Origin: an uncultured Bacteroidia bacterium | GTDB taxonomy: Bacteria > Bacteroidota > Bacteroidia > J057 > CALLMJ01 | Length of the DNA: 64,000 nucleotides | Assembly: GCA_938005475.1 (NCBI GenBank) | Contig: CALLNY010000022.1 | Span: 2,437-66,436 of the forward strand | Reading direction: 5' to 3' | Shown here: in pieces, positions 11,137 through 20,850 of the stretch | How positions within the stretch are numbered: the first letter of the stretch is position 1 | Layout of the letters: every line of letters starts with the position of its first letter | Position numbers and translations under genes: made by a program | The notes under the pieces: generated by a model | Told to the model about the DNA's origin: nothing | Database searches by the model: none | The model's input: only the letters and a program-made list of their open reading frames with translations

Positions 11137-11219
11137 TCGTTGTGTAATCAACGAAGCGATTATATCAAAACGATTACTTTCTACGACGCACTCTCATTTC
11201 GCTACGCTACTCAATGACC
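11137..11219. repeat. Second, degenerate REP doublet
   Basis: TCGTTGTGTAATCAACGAAGCGATTATATCAAAACGA (11137-11173) plus inverted GGTCATTGAGTAGCGTAGCGAAATGA (minus, 11219-11194). Confidence 0.55.
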
Positions 11220-11292
11220 TATCCTTTGTGATACGATTGTAACGATTACAATCATAGTGAATGTAAAATTTTTTTATCCCATTAAAAATATA

Positions 11293-11316
11293 AAGACTAC
11301 CTCGAAAGGTAGTCTT
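11293..11316 (-). terminator. Hairpin terminator downstream of T9SS cargo gene
   Basis: AAGACTACCT-CGAA-AGGTAGTCTT perfect 10-bp stem. Confidence 0.7.
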
Positions 11317-11338
11317 AACTAAAAGGTTTATTTGTAAT

Positions 11339-12409
11339 TTATTTCTGTATAACAAATTTTCCAGTGGAAATAACCTTAGAATCTTTACCTACGATTTGAT
11401 AGCTATAGATTCCGTTAGATAATCCGTTCAAAGAAATTTCTACTTGATTATTTTTCACAATTGCTTGTACTTCTTGTTTTTGACCTATCATGTTATAGAT
11501 TACCACGGATTGAACATTTGTGGTATTTCCATTGAAATAGATTACGTTAGAAGCAGGATTAGGATAAACTGAAAATACTAAGTTTGATGATTTCGATTTA
11601 GCAGTACCAGGTTTATAAAACTCTCGCGATAAAGCAGAGTCACCTATTGCGTTCATTGTTGCAATTAACACAGGGAAACTATGACCATTAACGTACCATT
11701 CGTAAGTTAAATCTGTGTTAGTGGTAGGGGGCACAAATGCGGAACCTTCCGTCCAAGTGCCAAAGATTTTTAAAAATACGGTATCTTTACTTTCATCTAA
11801 TCTTTTGTATCTTAAAGCGTTCTGCCAGTTTTCGGTATTAACTGTCAAACTACCTGAAGCATCAAAGTTACCAGTACGTTTGATATATCGTTTAAGAGCG
11901 ACCGAATCTATCGAAGGTAGTCCTATAGCGGAACCTGGTAGTCTAACCTCACCCGATGCACTATCGACGAATGAAGTGCCCAATTGAGCAGGAAAAGGCA
12001 TAAAGGTCAAAGGCTGATTATATTTAAATTTGATGGTAGTACCACTGAAGCCAAATGCTCCTGCATCGCCTCCAAAACCTAATTCTTCTGCCGCAGTATT
12101 AGTTACACTAAAATATGCATATAAATCGGTAGCCATTTCTAATGCTAACGTACTTCCAGGATAGTCAGCAACATAGGGCGTTGCACTAGCATCCAAAAAA
12201 TTATACGTCAAAATAGTATCTGAATTTAAACCTCCGTAGTTCCATGTATTACCAGGTCCTGGTGTACCTGGATCAAATTCTACTTTCAAAGTATCAAGGT
12301 TTCTACTAACCGTTGTTCCTGCTGTTGGGAAATTACTTTGTGTAATCACAACTTGTGCAGATAGTTTCCAACTTAATGAAATTAATGACAATACAATAAG
12401 CTTTTTCAT
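11339..12409 (-). CDS. Secreted protein with T9SS type-A C-terminal sorting domain
   Basis: Signal peptide MKKLIVLSLISLSWKLSAQ from ATG 12409, CTD VYPNPAS...GIY...KFVIQK, TATTTTTG promoter at 12439-12432. Confidence 0.85.
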   Translation of the reverse strand: MKKLIVLSLISLSWKLSAQVVITQSNFPTAGTTVSRNLDTLKVEFDPGTPGPGNTWNYGGLNSDTILTYNFLDASATPYVADYPGSTLALEMATDLYAYFSVTNTAAEELGFGGDAGAFGFSGTTIKFKYNQPLTFMPFPAQLGTSFVDSASGEVRLPGSAIGLPSIDSVALKRYIKRTGNFDASGSLTVNTENWQNALRYKRLDESKDTVFLKIFGTWTEGSAFVPPTTNTDLTYEWYVNGHSFPVLIATMNAIGDSALSREFYKPGTAKSKSSNLVFSVYPNPASNVIYFNGNTTNVQSVVIYNMIGQKQEVQAIVKNNQVEISLNGLSNGIYSYQIVGKDSKVISTGKFVIQK

Positions 12410-12467
12410 CTTGATAATAATTATTTTGATGCAAAAATATAATAAGCAATTCAAATAAACAAATATT

Positions 12468-13217
12468 TTAATAAAGTTTTTGATAAACGGTTTTAAGTTT
12501 AGATAATTGAATATTCCAAGTAAAATTTTGTTGTGCAAATTGTTTTGCTTGAAGTCTAATTTTTTCAATTTTGGAGGGATTTTCTAAAGCCCATTGAATA
12601 GTTCGAGCTAGTTCATTCGGTCTATTAGAACGGTATAATAAACTTGTTTTTTGGTGCGTAATCCATTCCCGAACGGAAGGCAAATATCCAAAGCACCGTT
12701 TCCCAAACTTTCTGTAATTTTAAAAGGACAACAGCCTTGCTCACTGTTTCTTGCACAGTCCGTCAGTGGAACAATTAATGCGTAAGCCTTTTGTATGTAT
12801 CTAAATAATTCTTGCTGTTCCAATTCATAGTACCAATCCGTAATTTTTAACTTATCTAGTAATTTCTCGTAAAATTTTAAATTGCGTTTTCGTTGGGAAA
12901 CTACGATTTTTAAACAATATTGTTCAATATCATAAGTTTTTTAAAGTATCTTTATATTGTAAAAGTTTACCAAAAGCTTTTGCTCGCTTCAAATAATTGT
13001 CAAATAAAAATTTAAACCTATAAATTTCTAATTTATCGTCGTATACACTTTCAAAAACGGGTAAAGTAGAATCTGCAAGGGTATACATTGCTAATTTGCT
13101 TCAAAATCAAATAGTATTTGAGAGAAATCGTATATGGGTTGAAGAGCTTTTATGGGCTGTGAAAACCTCAAAAGCGGCATACCAAGCCGTATGTTGTTGT
13201 TTATAGAAAAGTTTCAT
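12468..13217 (-). pseudogene. Degraded GT4 (family 1/RfaB-like) glycosyltransferase
   Basis: Fragments in different frames: MKLFYKQQHTAWYAAFEVF..HKSSSTHI (stop), IVPLTDCARNSEQGCCPFKITESLG.G, and PSVREWITH..TSLLY.SNRPNELARTI...QNFTWNIQ. Stops, frameshifts and a much shorter span than a full GT4. Confidence 0.75.
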
Positions 13218-13263
13218 AGCTACAAAAATCATTGTTTTTTGAATTAGAAAAGAAAAATACTTC

Positions 13264-13271
13264 TATATTTG
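13264..13271 (+). promoter_or_regulatory. -7 element (TAnnTTTG) for frr
   Basis: TATATTTG 17 nt before ATG 13289. Confidence 0.65.
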
Positions 13272-13288
13272 CGAAAATTTTTAAAAAG

Positions 13289-13852
13289 ATGGAAGATAGT
13301 GTAAAAAAAGTATTAAATTCTGCGGAGGAAGGGATGCAAAAAGCGGTAGACCATTTAGAAAATGAACTTTTGAAAATCCGAGCAGGGAAAGCTCATCCTG
13401 CTATATTAGAAACGATTAAAGTAGATTATTATGGGACATTGACAGCTCTTAATTTTGTGGCTAACTTATCTGCTCCGGATTCGAAAACTCTTACAATTCA
13501 GCCTTTTGAAAAAAAAATGATTCCCGTAATAGAAAAAGCCATCGTAGAGTCTAATCTTGGATTTACTCCTCAAAATGATGGCGGGATTATTCGTATAAAT
13601 GTTCCGCCCTTAACCGAAGAAAGACGTAAAGTTCTTGTTAAGCAAGTCAAAGAATTTTGTGAAGAAGGACGCGTTGCAGTTCGTAATATTCGTAGAGAAC
13701 ATAATGAACAACTTAAAAAATTACAAAAAAATGGTGTAGAGCAAGATACTGTAAAAACTGCAGAAGCAGAAGTTCAAAAATTAACTGACAAGTATATCAA
13801 AAAAATAGACGATTTGCTTTATAAGAAAGAAGAGGAGATTATGAAGGTTTAA
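13289..13852 (+). CDS. frr: Ribosome recycling factor
   Basis: IRAGKA.P.IL, VDYYG, LGFTPQNDG, PPLTEERRK, RVAVRNIRR. Confidence 0.97.
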   Translation: MEDSVKKVLNSAEEGMQKAVDHLENELLKIRAGKAHPAILETIKVDYYGTLTALNFVANLSAPDSKTLTIQPFEKKMIPVIEKAIVESNLGFTPQNDGGIIRINVPPLTEERRKVLVKQVKEFCEEGRVAVRNIRREHNEQLKKLQKNGVEQDTVKTAEAEVQKLTDKYIKKIDDLLYKKEEEIMKV

Positions 13853-13869
13853 TTGAGATTTTATTTTTT

Positions 13870-15006
13870 ATGATACCTAGAACCTTATTTACAGAAGAGC
13901 ACGAATTATTTCGTCAGTCAGCAAAGCAATTTTTTGAGCGGGAGGTAGCTCCATATCATGATGCATGGGAGAAGCAGGGGCATGTCCCTAGAGAATTATG
14001 GTTGAAAGCAGGAGAGATGGGCTTTTTATGTGTAACTATGCCACCAGAATATGGCGGAGCTGGTTTAGATTTTAAGTATTCTGTTATTTTGATGGAAGAA
14101 CAAACCAAAGTATATGCGTCTGGTCCTGGTTTTGCTCTCCATACAGATATCGTTGCTCCTTATATTTTACATTATGGTACAGAATTACAAAAGAAAAAAT
14201 ATCTTCCCAAAATGGCAACTGGAGAATGGATTGGTGCTATAGCTATGACCGAACCAGGCACAGGCTCCGACCTACAAGGTATAAAAACGACTGCTATCAA
14301 GCAAGGTGATAAATACATCTTAAATGGAGTGAAAACTTTTATTACTAATGGTTGGCATTCTGATATTGTCATTGTGGTAGCTAAAACAGATCCCAACCAA
14401 GGTGCTGCAGGTATTAGCCTCCTCATCGTTGAAAACGGTATGAAAGGTTTTACCAAAGGAAAAAAACTCCAAAAAATTGGAATGAAAGCGCAAGATACTT
14501 GCGAACTTTTTTTTGATAACGTTGAAGTGCCTGCAGAAAATTTACTCGGCTTTGAAGGGGCTGGTTTCATGTATTTAATGCAAGAACTTCCGCAAGAACG
14601 CTTATTAATCGCTGTAGTAGGAACAGAAGCTATGGCTACCTGCCTAAAAGACACCATTCAGTACACCAAAGAAAGACAAGCTTTTGGTAAGCCTATCTTC
14701 AATTTCCAAAATACTCGCTTTAAACTAGCTGAAATTCATTCCAAAGTGCAAATGGCTAGAGTGTTTACGGATAGATGTATTGATTTATTATGTGAAAAGA
14801 AACTTTCTGTGGATGATGCTGCCGCTTGTAAATTGTTAGTCTCAGATATGCAGTGTACCGTGATAGATGAACTATTGCAACTATATGGTGGCTATGGCTA
14901 CATCTGGGACTACAAAATTGCTCGTGCCTACGCTGATTCCCGTGTTCAAAAAATATATGGCGGAACCAATGAAATCATGAAAGAACTTATTAGCAGAAAT
15001 TTATAA
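13870..15006 (+). CDS. Acyl-CoA dehydrogenase (long-chain-like)
   Basis: AMTEPGTGSDL, NGVKTFITNG, QDTCELFFDNV, ERLLIA, GGYGY, IYGGTNEIMK. Confidence 0.95.
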   Translation: MIPRTLFTEEHELFRQSAKQFFEREVAPYHDAWEKQGHVPRELWLKAGEMGFLCVTMPPEYGGAGLDFKYSVILMEEQTKVYASGPGFALHTDIVAPYILHYGTELQKKKYLPKMATGEWIGAIAMTEPGTGSDLQGIKTTAIKQGDKYILNGVKTFITNGWHSDIVIVVAKTDPNQGAAGISLLIVENGMKGFTKGKKLQKIGMKAQDTCELFFDNVEVPAENLLGFEGAGFMYLMQELPQERLLIAVVGTEAMATCLKDTIQYTKERQAFGKPIFNFQNTRFKLAEIHSKVQMARVFTDRCIDLLCEKKLSVDDAAACKLLVSDMQCTVIDELLQLYGGYGYIWDYKIARAYADSRVQKIYGGTNEIMKELISRNL

Positions 15007-15304
15007 CCCAACGTATTTAGTGCGTTTTGACTCTTTTCATAAGGAGTTATTTATTTAATTTTGCTTATAAATTTTGATATAATAACTAATTCATTTTAAA
15101 TAAGTTACTGCAATATCCCACTGCCTCTTCATGCTCTTTGTGGTAAAAAATTTACCACGATATCGCTAAGAAATTAATATCCAATAAAAAGGTAAAAGAT
15201 AAAATGCTTCATAAATATAAATTCGCATTTAAGCATCTTGCGATTCTTATTGCAACACTGTCGTATAATTTAGATATCTATAAATCAGTTTGTTATCTTG
15301 TTAT

Positions 15305-18301
15305 TCATAAACTTTCATTTGATTCTTCTATGTTATTTTCTTTAAACGCTAGATAATCTTTTTTTATACGTTCCATCAAATTAGAAGGAGCATATTTTAA
15401 TAAATTTTCTACCGCAATTTGAAGTTCTTCTTTAAAAGCATGCTTTCTATGAAATTGGTAATACCTATACCAAAGTTTGTAACTTTTATCATTTTTTACA
15501 AGAGCTTTGGAAAGCAAATCTAATTCTTTTTCTTGAAGGTTTAGTTTTTCATAGATATCAGCCATGAGTACGACTGCATCAGACCAGTATGGATTGTGCG
15601 AAAATATTGCTTGTAAATGATTTTCTGCAGTTTTATAATCTTGTAATACAAAAGCCGTTTTGGCTTTATAATAGCGTATTTTGTCGGATGTAATTGGTAT
15701 ATTTTGAAACTTATCTAATTTTTTTTGATTTTTAGCATAAATATATTCGCAGATAGCGAGAATTTCAGGGTGTGTAGGATAGAAGAATAAAGCAGAATCA
15801 GCCGCTGGTAGCATTCTTTTATCTTCAAAATGAATAAAGCTTTCTAAAATTTGTATCCATGTAGCAGGTTGATTTTTAAATTTTTGTAATTCGTGTAGGA
15901 AGAATTCAGTAGATTTTAATTTATCAGCCATCGTAGCATATTGGGCACCACGCATGGCTTCAGCATAGGTTATTCCTGAAAAATCCCACTCAACCCAATG
16001 GTCTAAATCATAAGCTTTAAAAATCAATGCGATTTCATGGCTAATTTTTTCGGTAAGTTGAGGTAAAATGACTTTCATGAAAACTAAATCATTGAGGGTG
16101 ATATCATGATGCCCCGCAAGTAACTGCATGAATAATGCATTCAAACTATCAACCGAATTTTCAGCTTTTCGAAAAGGTTCTATTGCCATTTCTGGCATAT
16201 AATTGAAATAGTAAAAACTTGCAAGAGAGTGCCATACCTGTTTTTGGTATTCAGGGAAATACTCAGAAATATACCTAGCCATATCTTGCCCCGCAAAAAC
16301 ATTGCCCTGCCATAAATAAGATAACATCTTTAAGTAAACAAAAGGTAAATATTCGTTATCAAATTGTTTTTCAAGCTTTTTAACCATTTCCATTGCTTTT
16401 TGCGGGTCTTCGTATTGAAGTTGTATAATAGCTTGATTATAGTTCAAGGTATACAAACTGTCCTTTAGGTAATAACGCATAGGAACAAGATGAGTATCCA
16501 ATGCCATGGATAGATATAGTAAATTTACCTGGTTATGAACACTTTGCGTTGAATTTGATAGTAAGCGAGCAAAAGATTTTGCCCAATCTTTTTTATCGTT
16601 AATTTTATACAAAATTGCTAAATTAGAATATACCTCCGTGAAATTGGGGTTTAGTTCTAGTGCCTTCTTCCAACAAATGACTGCTGAGTCAAGATTATTA
16701 ATTTTGTAATAGAAATACCCAAGATTATTGTAAATTCTATCTGATAAATTTTTTAAGGAAAGGTAGTAATCAATAGAATTTCTAAAATTAGGTTGATAAA
16801 AGCCGATGTTAAGTTCAGCTGCATCAAAAGGGATTACCGCATAAGATGCTTTGTAGATTTGCAAGACATCCATTCTTAATTCATTATTGTTTATGTTTAT
16901 ACATCCATAATTATAATTTGCTTTAGGATTACCAATAGCCGCAGTGTGTGCCTTTAAATAATGATTAGATGCTTCTTTGCGATTGTCAATAATCAATTGA
17001 TAATCTGCTAATTGATTAAAATAAGAACTCATGAAAAGGTTAACACTTCTCCATTTATGGTATCCTTCCGTAAGTACCAATCCTGCAAGAACCGCCAAAA
17101 ATATTGCTTTGAAAGATAAAGTATTCGGTTGATTTAAAACAAAAAATAAGTTAGTACGAAATTTAAGTAGTCTATGAAAATTAAAATACAAGTATATCAA
17201 AGTTCCTAGGGAAAAAGCGGCAAGGAAATAACTAAAAAAACGTTCAATTTGTAAGACGGTCAAAGGTTCTGCGTTAAATCCTATCCAACCAATAAATCCT
17301 AGGGTCATAATGGCTAATGCTTGATGAAGGATAATGAAAGGCAAATTCCCAGAAAAATTATCTTGGACTTCTGCATAAAATGCTTGTGAACTTAAAAAAG
17401 AAATCGATGCGGAAATCCATAAAATCAAAATTGGGCTTAGCCCTTTGGGTAAATTGAAATGAAAGTATAAATTTAAAGTCCAATATAAACCTATAAGAAA
17501 AAGTAGAATAATTGGAAAGTAAATCCATTCTACATCTTTTCGGTTTTTTGCTTCTTTTGCATTAGTAGCCCATAAGATAATCACAAAAGCTAAATCTTTT
17601 GCTGTCCAAACTAAAAAGAATATACATAAAATTGCAGAGACAGGAAAAGAATAGTAGACAAAATGATAAATTTCTTTTTTTCCTTGAAATATGAAAACAC
17701 CTGCAAAATAAATGAGAAAAAGCAATAAGAAACTGAAAAATTGTTGATACAAAGTAGTAGGATTATCAGCGTTTTTGTAATGATATGCTAATAAAATGAA
17801 GATTAGAATAATACTAAAAGAAGCTAAACGCATGGGGTCTTGTCCTATTAAACAATAACCAGCTTGTGAGAAAATCATTGTAGATCCAAACAAAAAGTAG
17901 ATAGCATAAAAAAGAAAACCTTCTATTTTACTGGAAACTGCCAGCAATAAACTCCACCCAACAGAAAAAAAAACTAAGTAAAAAACTATAGGTATAAGTC
18001 CAACTTGAATTTTATCTGCAACTAATACTTGAAAATTGTAAAAAACAGGTGCGTATAATTCAATTGGAAAACCTTCCTGTGATTTTTTTATACTCACATT
18101 ATCAATAAAATGCTCAGCAAATGAATGATACGGAATAAAAAAATCAAAACTTAAAAAGGTAGGAATGATTGCATAAATTCCCGAAAAAAATAATACAATA
18201 AACGAAATCCAAAAAAGTTTTTTTCCGCTTTTTCCAATTCTGTTCCAAAAGTAAAAAGTACTTAAATATGGAAAACTCTTATAGGTTTTGGAATTTGACA
18301 T
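15305..18301 (-). CDS. Polytopic membrane protein with C-terminal TPR repeats
   Basis: About 12 hydrophobic segments in the N-terminal 420 aa; TPR YNNLG.FY..INNLDSA..CWKKALELNP..TEVYSNLA. Confidence 0.75.
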   Translation of the reverse strand: MSNSKTYKSFPYLSTFYFWNRIGKSGKKLFWISFIVLFFSGIYAIIPTFLSFDFFIPYHSFAEHFIDNVSIKKSQEGFPIELYAPVFYNFQVLVADKIQVGLIPIVFYLVFFSVGWSLLLAVSSKIEGFLFYAIYFLFGSTMIFSQAGYCLIGQDPMRLASFSIILIFILLAYHYKNADNPTTLYQQFFSFLLLFLIYFAGVFIFQGKKEIYHFVYYSFPVSAILCIFFLVWTAKDLAFVIILWATNAKEAKNRKDVEWIYFPIILLFLIGLYWTLNLYFHFNLPKGLSPILILWISASISFLSSQAFYAEVQDNFSGNLPFIILHQALAIMTLGFIGWIGFNAEPLTVLQIERFFSYFLAAFSLGTLIYLYFNFHRLLKFRTNLFFVLNQPNTLSFKAIFLAVLAGLVLTEGYHKWRSVNLFMSSYFNQLADYQLIIDNRKEASNHYLKAHTAAIGNPKANYNYGCININNNELRMDVLQIYKASYAVIPFDAAELNIGFYQPNFRNSIDYYLSLKNLSDRIYNNLGYFYYKINNLDSAVICWKKALELNPNFTEVYSNLAILYKINDKKDWAKSFARLLSNSTQSVHNQVNLLYLSMALDTHLVPMRYYLKDSLYTLNYNQAIIQLQYEDPQKAMEMVKKLEKQFDNEYLPFVYLKMLSYLWQGNVFAGQDMARYISEYFPEYQKQVWHSLASFYYFNYMPEMAIEPFRKAENSVDSLNALFMQLLAGHHDITLNDLVFMKVILPQLTEKISHEIALIFKAYDLDHWVEWDFSGITYAEAMRGAQYATMADKLKSTEFFLHELQKFKNQPATWIQILESFIHFEDKRMLPAADSALFFYPTHPEILAICEYIYAKNQKKLDKFQNIPITSDKIRYYKAKTAFVLQDYKTAENHLQAIFSHNPYWSDAVVLMADIYEKLNLQEKELDLLSKALVKNDKSYKLWYRYYQFHRKHAFKEELQIAVENLLKYAPSNLMERIKKDYLAFKENNIEESNESL

Positions 18302-18378
18302 AAAATTTTTCGCAAAATTATAATTTTTCAGTAACTTATGGCAACCTTTTTGCGTATATTAATTAAACTATAATCAAA

Positions 18379-18708
18379 ATGAGAATGCTAATCTTTATTT
18401 TAATGCTGGCAACAGGATTTAATGCTTATGCACAACCTGTTTTTAAAGTTTCTAGTAAGCATGAAGCAGATGTCAAAGTATTTGCTGCAAATTCAAAATA
18501 TGATGCTGATTTAGTAGTATTTGAAGTCAGTAGTAAATACGAAGCAGATAAAGATGGTTTATGGTTTTTTACTAATTCAAAGTATGATGCAAAAAAGAAA
18601 ATCTTTTTTGTAGACTCTAAATATGAGGCAGATATTATTGTTTATTTTGCTAATTCTAAATATGACGCAGGTTGGAGAAACCAGTCCAAAATTGGTAAAT
18701 GGAAATGA
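18379..18708 (+). CDS. Small secreted repeat protein (DUF6150-like)
   Basis: Signal peptide ending AYAQ; six SK[YH][DE]A repeats. Confidence 0.75.
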   Translation: MRMLIFILMLATGFNAYAQPVFKVSSKHEADVKVFAANSKYDADLVVFEVSSKYEADKDGLWFFTNSKYDAKKKIFFVDSKYEADIIVYFANSKYDAGWRNQSKIGKWK

Positions 18709-18710
18709 AT

Positions 18711-18756
18711 TTCAATAAAAAAAGAGACTTTTTATCAAAGTCTCTTTTTTATTGAA
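18711..18756. terminator. Bidirectional terminator between convergent genes
   Basis: A-run, GAGACTTT-TTATC-AAAGTCTC, T-run. Confidence 0.8.
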
Positions 18757-18768
18757 AAGATTAACTAC

Positions 18769-19158
18769 TTACGAACTTTTAATTATCTTAATAAATCCGT
18801 AAATCCAGCCGGGTAATAAGAATAAAAAGCAAAGTAATAAACATATCCACCATGCTTTATCCCAGTCTGTTATAAGTCCAACCCATAACCAAATAAGACC
18901 TGGCAATAAAATAGCTAAAATAATAGCAAGAGTTTTACTCATTCCTCCTACCATTTTTTTACTAAATGCTTTAAATACTAACTTGTGGTACCATTTAATT
19001 TTAGATTTTCTCAGCTTTTCTACTTTTTCTGTTTTAACAGTTTCAATTTTTGTTTGAACTTCTACACTAGAAACAGCAGGAGTGATACCCGCAAATGCAA
19101 AATGGTTTACAAATACCATCACGAACATTACAACAATTTTACTTACTAAATTTTTCAT
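18769..19158 (-). CDS. YqaE/Pmp3-family small membrane protein with N-terminal signal and Lys-rich region
   Basis: IILAILLP...W.....W....WICLLL..L..LPGWIY Pmp3-like hairpin. Confidence 0.7.
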   Translation of the reverse strand: MKNLVSKIVVMFVMVFVNHFAFAGITPAVSSVEVQTKIETVKTEKVEKLRKSKIKWYHKLVFKAFSKKMVGGMSKTLAIILAILLPGLIWLWVGLITDWDKAWWICLLLCFLFLLPGWIYGFIKIIKSS

Positions 19159-19279
19159 ATGATATTATATGGTTGAATAATTGTCTCAAAATTACAACAG
19201 TTTTTTTAAATCAAAATACAACTTTTAGTTTTTTTTTTGAAACTTTTAGTTTTAATATTACAACATTATTGCAAAAAAT

Positions 19280-19302
19280 AAAAAAGCAGGCATAAGCCTG
19301 CT
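19280..19302 (-). terminator. Intrinsic terminator of 19327-20703
   Basis: AGCAGGC-ATAA-GCCTGCT with a T-run on the minus strand. Confidence 0.7.
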
Positions 19303-19326
19303 ATCCGAGCCTTTACAAAAACATTA

Positions 19327-20703
19327 TTACTCCTTTATTATTTTACCTGTATAGATTTTATTTTCTATTTGTAATTTATAAGTGTAAATTCCATCAGTTA
19401 AATGCCCCAGTTCAATGGTTTGATTTAAAGGAGCTTTTAATACCAATTGCCCCTGCAAATTATACATTTCTATATTGCCTTCTTTTACTCCGTTGATAAA
19501 AAGCTGATTCTTAACAGGATTTGGGTATAATACAGGATTATTTTGTGAATTAGCTTGATTTTTTGATTTTGTGGTAATAGTTCTTGTTGAATAGTAATAA
19601 TCACTTTCTTCGTTTAATACATAATTGATACCATCATGAACGTATTTGTCCTCAGCAATTAGCATAAAATCAAAATAATGAGATTCCATATCTATTAAAT
19701 ATTCTTGAGATAAAATTGATGAATAAAATGTTGTATAAAAACTACTATAAGGTAAAAGTAAATCGTTATTGTTATAATTTTGGTCATAAAAATAAATTAT
19801 TTTGTAGTCTTCTTCCCAAGAATTCGTGTTATCATTCCAATAAAGGACTTCCTCCTCGTCTAATAAACCATTAGCATCATAAGTAAACACGGTTTTGATT
19901 GTATCAACCCAAGAACCTAAAAAGTTATTTACATAGTTTTGTTCTTTTATCATAAGAATTTGCTGATTAAAATTGTAATAATAATCAAAACGATGGCTTT
20001 CTTTATAGGAACTGCTATTGTCATCAAAATCATAATAAGTTAAATAGTCAAGATCTTGATTGGCATTATAATCGTATTCTACCTTGTAAGACTTATCAAA
20101 TTGCATAGTGATAAAATTAAGTTCGTACCATTCTTCAATGGAAATCATATTATTCATGTTGTAAGTAATATCACTATACATTACTTTTAACCAAGAGCCA
20201 GAATACCAAATGTAAAGATTTTCTTCATCAATTAAATTACCAATATAATTGATTTCAAGTTTAATATTTTTATCCCATGAAAAAGTTATATTATCATAAT
20301 CGTAAACTATTATCTCTGCCAATTTGTCATCAATTGTATAAATATATTCTTCTTTTGAAACTTCTTCCCAGTCCCCAATAATGTTTGATTCGTAATAAAT
20401 CATCTCGGTAACAAAACCATCTACATCGTAAATATACTCAATTTTGGTTGTATCTGATACAATACTATCTAATGCGTAGAGAGTAGTTTGCGTTTTATAA
20501 TAATCCTTACGTTGATTTTGTTGATGTTTACCATAAACTAAATTTGGTGCAACTTTTAAATACTTAGCGTATTTTGCCCTATATTTTAAAAATTTTTCAT
20601 AGATGTTCTCCTTTTCAAGATTTTGTGCTTGAAGATTGGAGATTGACATGAATACAACAACACTAAAAATAAAACTAATGATTTTAAACATACTTTTTTT
20701 CAT
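19327..20703 (-). CDS. Acidic Tyr-rich repeat protein with T9SS type-A sorting domain
   Basis: Signal peptide ..LQAQ, about 30-aa Y-x-Y-D...W...K-x-E repeats, CTD LYPNPVKNQL...GKIIKE. Confidence 0.8.
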   Translation of the reverse strand: MKKSMFKIISFIFSVVVFMSISNLQAQNLEKENIYEKFLKYRAKYAKYLKVAPNLVYGKHQQNQRKDYYKTQTTLYALDSIVSDTTKIEYIYDVDGFVTEMIYYESNIIGDWEEVSKEEYIYTIDDKLAEIIVYDYDNITFSWDKNIKLEINYIGNLIDEENLYIWYSGSWLKVMYSDITYNMNNMISIEEWYELNFITMQFDKSYKVEYDYNANQDLDYLTYYDFDDNSSSYKESHRFDYYYNFNQQILMIKEQNYVNNFLGSWVDTIKTVFTYDANGLLDEEEVLYWNDNTNSWEEDYKIIYFYDQNYNNNDLLLPYSSFYTTFYSSILSQEYLIDMESHYFDFMLIAEDKYVHDGINYVLNEESDYYYSTRTITTKSKNQANSQNNPVLYPNPVKNQLFINGVKEGNIEMYNLQGQLVLKAPLNQTIELGHLTDGIYTYKLQIENKIYTGKIIKE

Positions 20704-20850
20704 ATTGATTTAAATTTAATTTCACTACAAAAGTCATTATATTTTGATTAAGTTGAAGCAACTTAAAGTTGTTTTTCACAACTAAGAAATTACAATTAAG
20801 AATAATTTGATTGTAAAGTTGGATAAAAAATCTTTTTTTATTTTTGTAGC

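Noticed and set aside
10873-11219. Possible CRISPR array
   Set aside because: Units are inverted, divergent and irregularly spaced, and there are no cas genes; better explained as REP doublets.
12410-12568. 53-aa N-terminal extension of the T9SS protein in the ORF track
   Set aside because: It overlaps the promoter and the GT4 pseudogene end; the signal peptide starts at 12409.
15140-15158. GTGGTAAA-AAA-TTTACCAC hairpin between convergent genes
   Set aside because: Single copy in the window; could be a terminator or a decayed repeat, too little evidence to call.
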